From: Gemmataceae bacterium
Lineage (GTDB): Bacteria; Planctomycetota; Planctomycetia; Gemmatales; HRBIN36
Assembly (NCBI GenBank): GCA_040289265.1
Contig: PSKW01000012.1
Location: 11,900 to 75,899, forward strand
Reading direction: 5' to 3'
DNA length: 64,000 nt
Below are positions 58,672-64,000 of the stretch, piece by piece. The translations under genes and the position numbers were made by a program. A model generated the notes under the pieces. That model was not told where the DNA came from and searched no databases. It saw only the letters and a list, made by a program, of their open reading frames with translations. The stretch's first letter is position 1, and each line of letters opens with the position of its first letter.

Positions 58672-60063
58672 ATGGCTGCGCCGTTACGGGACCTACCTTC
58701 GGTGCACGAAGTACTGCAATGTCCGGCGCTGGCGAGCCTGGCCGGCGTCTACCCGCAAGGTCTGCGCACGCGAGCAGTGCGCGAAGAACTGGACGCGCTT
58801 CGGCAACGATTGCGCAAGGGCGAGCAAACCGATGGCACGTGGACGCTGGAAGAGATCGTCGTCGGAGCACTGACACGTCTGCAACGACTGGGCCGACCCC
58901 GTCTGCGTCGGGTCATCAACGCCACCGGGATCTTGCTGCACACCAACCTGGGACGCGCCCCCTTGGCGGAAGCCGCTGCCCGTGCCGTCTACGAGACAGC
59001 TCGCGGCTACGTCAATCTCGAACTGGATCTGGAGAGCGGCCGGCGTGCGCATCGTCAGGAAACAGTGCGCGACTGGCTGGTGCATCTGACCGGTGCTCCA
59101 TCGGCCACGGTGGTCAACAACAATGCTGCCGCCACCATGCTCGTGCTGCACGCTTTGGCCTACCGGCGCGAGGTCGTCGTGTCGCGGGGCCAATTGGTCG
59201 AGATCGGCGGCTCGTTTCGCATCCCCGAAATCATGCGCGCCAGCGGAGCCAAACTGCGCGAAGTGGGTACCACCAACATCACCCGTCTGGCCGATTACGA
59301 GGGGGCCATCGGGCCGCGCACGGCTGCCCTTTTGCGCGTCCATACCAGCAATTATCGCATCCGCGGTCACACCGAGAGCGTAGCGCTAGCCGATCTGGTG
59401 CAGCTGGCCCATGCGCGCGGACTGTACGCTATTGACGACATAGGCAGCGGGGCGCTGATAGATTATGCACCGCTGGGCCTGGCAGGCGAGCCCTTGGTGC
59501 GGGATAGTTTGGCTGCCGGAGCCGACTTGGTACTTTTCAGCGGCGACAAGCTGTTGGGCGGACCTCAGGCCGGTATCGTCCTAGGTCGAGAACATCTGAT
59601 CGCCCGGTTGGAAAAGGATCCGCTTTATCGTGCTTTTCGCGTTGACAAAATGACGCTGGCGGCGCTCGAAGCCACGCTACGGCTCTATCTCGACCCACAG
59701 CGTTTGGCGCGGGAACTGCCGCTGTTGGTCCGGGTGCAAACGCCCGTCGCCGAGTTGCGCCGGCGTGCCGAAATGCTGGCATACTCTTTGGAATCGCTGC
59801 CGGGTGTGCAGGTGCAGGTCGCTGCCAGCGAAGCCTACGTGGGCGGCGGCTCTCTGCCCGAGCAAGCGCTCCCCTCCGTCGCGGTCGTACTGGCCGTCGA
59901 AGGCATGTCGGCGCAGGAGCTGGCTCGTAAGTTGCGCTCGAGCGATCCGCCGGTCGTGGCCCGCGTCCATGCCGAGCATGTGTGGCTCGATGTGCGTGCC
60001 GTGGCGCCCGAAGAAGATGCCTGGATCACTCAGGCCCTGCGCCAAATCCTGCCGGCTCGGTGA
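58672..60063 (+). CDS. selA: L-seryl-tRNA(Sec) selenium transferase
   Basis: LPSVHEVL, INATGILLHTNLGRAPL and NNNAAA are present. The PLP-lysine context is FSGDKLLGGPQAGI. It lies 39 nt downstream of selB. Confidence 0.93.
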   Translation: MAAPLRDLPSVHEVLQCPALASLAGVYPQGLRTRAVREELDALRQRLRKGEQTDGTWTLEEIVVGALTRLQRLGRPRLRRVINATGILLHTNLGRAPLAEAAARAVYETARGYVNLELDLESGRRAHRQETVRDWLVHLTGAPSATVVNNNAAATMLVLHALAYRREVVVSRGQLVEIGGSFRIPEIMRASGAKLREVGTTNITRLADYEGAIGPRTAALLRVHTSNYRIRGHTESVALADLVQLAHARGLYAIDDIGSGALIDYAPLGLAGEPLVRDSLAAGADLVLFSGDKLLGGPQAGIVLGREHLIARLEKDPLYRAFRVDKMTLAALEATLRLYLDPQRLARELPLLVRVQTPVAELRRRAEMLAYSLESLPGVQVQVAASEAYVGGGSLPEQALPSVAVVLAVEGMSAQELARKLRSSDPPVVARVHAEHVWLDVRAVAPEEDAWITQALRQILPAR

Positions 60064-60743
60064 AACGCTCGACGAACCGGCGCGGCAGACCGATGGGCTC
60101 CACGATCAGTTCCCCGGTCCACAGGGCAGCGTGTGCCGCCAAAAAGCCCTTTTTGATGCCCGCCAAAGTCACAGTGACATCGGCACATACGGCGGTTCCG
60201 AGAGGGTGTCCGGTGTCGCAATCCAGACCTGAAGGCACATCCACTGCCAACACCCGCGCACCGGCTGCACGTGCTTGGTTGATCGCGCTGATCGCCGCAT
60301 CGTAAGGCGGCCGCGCCGGCCCGCTCAAGCCGGTACCCAGCAGTGCGTCCACGATCCAGCTGGCCCCACTCAGATGCTGCCGAAACGCTTCGGCATCCCA
60401 CGGGCTAATCACCTGCACCGGGATGCCGGCGCGGGCAAGAATCGTGTATTGTACCGAGGAATCGCCGGTCAGCTCCTCGGGACGACACAAAAGCACGGTC
60501 CGCACCGGCAGGCCCAGCAACTCCACATGTCGCGCGATGGTCAGTCCGTCGCCGCCGTTATTGCCTTTGCCGCAGCATATGGCCACCGGCCCAGCGGTCC
60601 AGCGACGCGCCAGTGCTTCCGCGGTCCCGCGCCCGGCGTTTTCCATCAGCAACAAACTGGGTATCCCCAGCTCGACGACTGCTCGCTCGTCCAAGGCCCG
60701 CACCGCCGCACGGCTTAGAATCGGATAAGCCCCTGTGCCCATG
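60026..60743 (-). CDS. nnrE: NAD(P)H-hydrate epimerase (YjeF N-terminal domain only)
   Basis: This is ORF 60026..60913 trimmed to the ATG at 60743. Supporting motifs are LMENAGRG, CGKGNNGGDG, DALLGTG and the AVDVPSGL segment. There is no C-terminal dehydratase domain. Its 3' end overlaps selA by 38 nt (convergent). Confidence 0.85.
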
Positions 60744-60744
60744 A

Positions 60745-62304
60745 TCAGAACAGCTCGTCCAGAATCCGTCCGCGGGGCGGCTCGGTGAGCATGCTGACTC
60801 CGAGCCCCGCAAGGACCGAGACGCCCAAACCCCATACCACCGGATGCAACTGGCATAAATAATAAGGGCTGAACCGGCTCTTTTCGCCGATCAATGGGTC
60901 CGGACCCAACCAACCTGCCACATAAAGGCCCAGAACGGTCGCGGCCCCCGCCACCATGGACGCTACCACACCTGCTGCCGTTGCCCGCCTCCAGAAGGCA
61001 GCCATGAATGCCGGCATGAAGAACGTAGCCGCTCCGCTGGCGCCACTGAATACGACTATGGCCTGCAAATACTCCACCGGTTGCAGATTGGCCACTACTG
61101 CCACCACACCGATGAGCAACATGACCAGATACGACAGGCGCCGTAACTCGCGTGCCGAAGCGTGCGGGCGCAGGAAACGCTGGTATACATCCCGCACCAC
61201 ACCCGCAGCTATCACCACCATGTAGCTACTGACCGTGGACATGACCGCACCAAAAGGCGCCGTCAGCACCAGTCCCGCCAATAGCCCTCCCCAAGGCAGC
61301 GTGCCGCCCACGTGCACGGCCAGTCGCGGTACGATGGCATCCGACTGACCGGGTGGCAAGTCCGGGATCAACGCGCGCCCACAAATGCAGATGACAATCA
61401 GAGGCGGGTAAATGAACACATTGTACAGACCCAATAAATAAACCGACCTGCGCAGGGTGTCGGCACTTTTGCAGGCCATGACGCGCACCAGCGTCGCCGG
61501 CTGGCCCAGTCCCGCGAACACCCACAGAAAAAAATACGACACTGCCAAACCCAACGGCAAAAAGGCCCGTCCTTCGGCATCGCGTCCGGGCAAAAAAGCG
61601 ATCCCCGGGCCGGCGCGGGCCATGGCTCGCCGTGTCGCCTCTTCCAGACCACCGGCTTGCTGCAGGACCAACGGCAGCAAGATCAATATGCCCACCAGCA
61701 TCAGCACACTTTGGAAAAGATCCGTCCACACTGCGGCCAAAAAGCCGCCCAACAGGGTATAGCCTACCACGATCGCCGTGAACAAAAACAAGCCCACATA
61801 ATAGTAACGGTCCATGCCATCCGGCTCGGCCGCCGTTTGCCACCCTCCGCCTGTCCAGGCCTCGCGCATGATCAAGGCACCGGCCTTGAACTGCGCAACC
61901 ATCATAAAGGTCATGAAGCACAAAATGAGCAAGGACGCCGTCAGCCCTGCCAGCGGGCTTTGGAAGCGCTCCCGCAACAAGTCGGGCACCGTAATCGCTC
62001 CCAAACGACGCGACATCTGCGCCAGACGCTTACCGAAGACAGCGAACCCTGTGATGGGTACCACCATGTAGCTGGCGATCCACAGCGCCACCGACCACCC
62101 GTAGCTGTACACGAACGAGGGGAAGCCCATAAAGGTGCCGCCACTCTGTACCGTCGCCGTCAGAGCAACTGCCCAGGAGCCGAGCGTTCGGTTGCCCAAA
62201 AAGTACCCCTGCATAAAAGCGCTGCGCCGCAGTGCCTGATGGGCCATCCAGCCCAACCACAACGACACCGACATCACAAGCAACAACGAAGCGAGCACCA
62301 TCAC
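60745..62304 (-). CDS. sodium:solute symporter family transporter (PanF-like context)
   Basis: The 519-aa protein has about 13 TM helices and SSS-type sequence (FLGNRTLGSW, GGFLAAVWTDLFQ). It is preceded by a DUF997/YhdT-like small membrane protein, as in yhdT-panF. Confidence 0.9.
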   Translation of the reverse strand: MMVLASLLLVMSVSLWLGWMAHQALRRSAFMQGYFLGNRTLGSWAVALTATVQSGGTFMGFPSFVYSYGWSVALWIASYMVVPITGFAVFGKRLAQMSRRLGAITVPDLLRERFQSPLAGLTASLLILCFMTFMMVAQFKAGALIMREAWTGGGWQTAAEPDGMDRYYYVGLFLFTAIVVGYTLLGGFLAAVWTDLFQSVLMLVGILILLPLVLQQAGGLEEATRRAMARAGPGIAFLPGRDAEGRAFLPLGLAVSYFFLWVFAGLGQPATLVRVMACKSADTLRRSVYLLGLYNVFIYPPLIVICICGRALIPDLPPGQSDAIVPRLAVHVGGTLPWGGLLAGLVLTAPFGAVMSTVSSYMVVIAAGVVRDVYQRFLRPHASARELRRLSYLVMLLIGVVAVVANLQPVEYLQAIVVFSGASGAATFFMPAFMAAFWRRATAAGVVASMVAGAATVLGLYVAGWLGPDPLIGEKSRFSPYYLCQLHPVVWGLGVSVLAGLGVSMLTEPPRGRILDELF

Positions 62305-62337
62305 CGTCGCCCAGCGAGCGAGTGCTTCCTACCGCGG

Positions 62338-62625
62338 CTACACATCGCGTTCGCGCTCTTCCAACTCATGGGCCGACTCGTCACCCAGATGATCATCGCG
62401 CATGAATCGTCGTGCAAACCAGACAGAAAACCCCAGGCACACCACCCAGGGAACCAGGATGCCCCAGAATACCCAGGCGGGAAAGCCCCAGACAAAGTGG
62501 ATTTCTCCCCCAGGCGCTTCCTGGCCGAAAAGAAAGCAGTAGCCGACCGTATACACCCCGGCGACAGTCCACAGAACCATCACCACTGCTGCCTCGCACC
62601 GACTGTGCCGGTAAATCGGATCCAT
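62338..62625 (-). CDS. small two-TM membrane protein (DUF997/YhdT-like)
   Basis: The 95-aa ORF has two hydrophobic helices and lies directly upstream of the SSS transporter. Confidence 0.65.
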   Translation of the reverse strand: MDPIYRHSRCEAAVVMVLWTVAGVYTVGYCFLFGQEAPGGEIHFVWGFPAWVFWGILVPWVVCLGFSVWFARRFMRDDHLGDESAHELEERERDV

Positions 62626-62676
62626 GGCGCCGGTCCCGTGCTGCCCCTCCCGACTTGCAGACGACTCCCCGATGCC

Positions 62677-63843
62677 TCAATCCCACCCCACCGCTTCGTA
62701 CAGGGTGGCGATCCCCTGCCCCCCACCGATACACATCGTCGCCAGACCGTAGCGGGCTTTGCGCGCCTCCATGAGGTGGATCAAAGTGGTGGAAATGCGG
62801 GCCCCACTGGCGCCCAGCGGATGTCCGATAGCTATGGCGCCGCCGCGCACATTGACTTTTTCCAGTTCGACGCCCAGCAGTTTGATCACTGCCAGCGTTT
62901 GCGCGGCGAACGCCTCGTTGATCTCGACTAGGTCCACCTGCTCCAGAGTCACACCGGCACGTTGCAAAACCTTGTGCACGGCGGGAACCGGCCCGATCCC
63001 CATGACACACGGATCTACGCCCGCTACCGCCTGGGCGCGGATGCGCACCTTGGGCCGATAGCCCAACTGCACCGCTTTTTCCTCGGACATGAGCAACAAC
63101 GCCGCGGCCCCCACGTTGATGGGGCTGGCATTGCCGGCGGTGATCGTGCCCCCCTCGGGCAGGAAAGCCGGTTTCAGCTGACCCAGCGCCTCCAAGCTCG
63201 TATCCCTGCGGATGCACTGATCCTGGGTGACGACACACCGACGCCCGTGTTCGTCCCGCCCCCAGGTGGGCACGATTTCGGCGGCGAACTCCCCGCTATC
63301 GGTCGCCTGCGCCGCTCGCCGATGACTGCGCAACGCGAATTCGTCCTGCTCTCGCCGCGTAATGCCATATTTCTGTGCCAGATACTCGGCAGTCAAGCCC
63401 ATCTGAAAATCGGCCGGACTGTACCGATAAAAAAGTCGGGGACTGGGATCGAAGCCCGCGTCCATAGGAAGATGGTGCATGTGCTCGACGCCCCCGGCGA
63501 CGACGATATCTGCCCACCCGGCGACGATCGCCGCTGCCGCTTGATTGATCGCCTGCAGGCTCGATCCGCAATTGCGATTGACCGTACACCCGCCCACTTC
63601 CACGGGCAGCCCGGCGATGAGCACTGCCTGACGCGCGATGTCGTACCCTTGCTCCTTTTCCTGTTTGACGCACCCCCAGTGGATATCCTCGACCAACTGG
63701 GCGGGCAAGCGCGCTTTTTCCAGAAGCGCTTGGATCACGTGTGCCGACAGATCGTCGGCCCGCACGTCGCGGAAATATCCCTTGTCCGGATGGGCGCGAG
63801 CGATGGGCGTGCGCACCGCCTCGACGACTACCGCGCTTCTCAT
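62677..63843 (-). CDS. acetyl-CoA C-acyltransferase (thiolase, FadA-like)
   Basis: This is ORF 62677..63873 trimmed to the ATG at 63843, with GAGAGGAG upstream. The active-site Cys context is VNRNCGSSLQAI. The C-terminal motifs are NEAFAAQ, GGAIAIGHPLGASG and CIGGGQG. Confidence 0.92.
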   Translation of the reverse strand: MRSAVVVEAVRTPIARAHPDKGYFRDVRADDLSAHVIQALLEKARLPAQLVEDIHWGCVKQEKEQGYDIARQAVLIAGLPVEVGGCTVNRNCGSSLQAINQAAAAIVAGWADIVVAGGVEHMHHLPMDAGFDPSPRLFYRYSPADFQMGLTAEYLAQKYGITRREQDEFALRSHRRAAQATDSGEFAAEIVPTWGRDEHGRRCVVTQDQCIRRDTSLEALGQLKPAFLPEGGTITAGNASPINVGAAALLLMSEEKAVQLGYRPKVRIRAQAVAGVDPCVMGIGPVPAVHKVLQRAGVTLEQVDLVEINEAFAAQTLAVIKLLGVELEKVNVRGGAIAIGHPLGASGARISTTLIHLMEARKARYGLATMCIGGGQGIATLYEAVGWD

Positions 63844-64000
63844 GGCCTCGCTCCTCTCAGAATGCCGAGTCATTCTCGCCGGGCTGCCGCTGTTTCCTCA
63901 AACAATGACTCCATCCCTATTGTGTCAATTGTCCGCGACCAGCGCCAGGGGGGCTTCGAGGGCCGCAACCCCAGCGTCAGCAGCGGTCGGAGTCGCGCGA

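Overview
This is a high-GC chromosomal segment of roughly 60% GC by spot counts. It looks planctomycetal: it carries DUF1559/H-X9-DG-like, DUF1501, DUF1573, YTV-repeat and BBP7-like proteins, plus FG-GAP/CAP exported proteins, one with an ERLEER-type N-terminus. I support about 50 protein-coding genes, mostly housekeeping and cell-envelope functions. They include thiL (partial), ftsK, a prkA-yeaH-spoVR operon, kdsB, pdxJ, proC-guaA, an lpxL-like acyltransferase, bpt, moeA, bamA, selB-selA, nnrE, a yhdT/panF-like symporter pair and a thiolase. I recognised no rRNA, tRNA, CRISPR array, transposase or phage gene, so this is not an obvious accessory island. The observations most worth a second look are these. 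(1) An ECF sigma factor is paired with an anti-sigma factor whose membrane and sensor half is a complete pseudopilin-like DUF1559 module, next to a YTV cysteine-rich repeat protein. (2) A second ECF sigma is paired with a Ser/Thr kinase that has an N-terminal HxxxCxxC motif, a TM segment and TPRs, and both genes are split by frameshifts. (3) A third frame break may separate a zinc-ribbon start from a trypsin-like protease, and all three breaks sit at C/G homopolymer runs. (4) Three non-coding gaps exceed 500 bp, and I could not identify any RNA family in them. (5) A selB-selA operon has no selC, selD or recognisable selenoprotein gene in the window. All start codons are best guesses from RBS and signal-peptide context. 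Domain calls come from motif recognition by eye, not from database searches.
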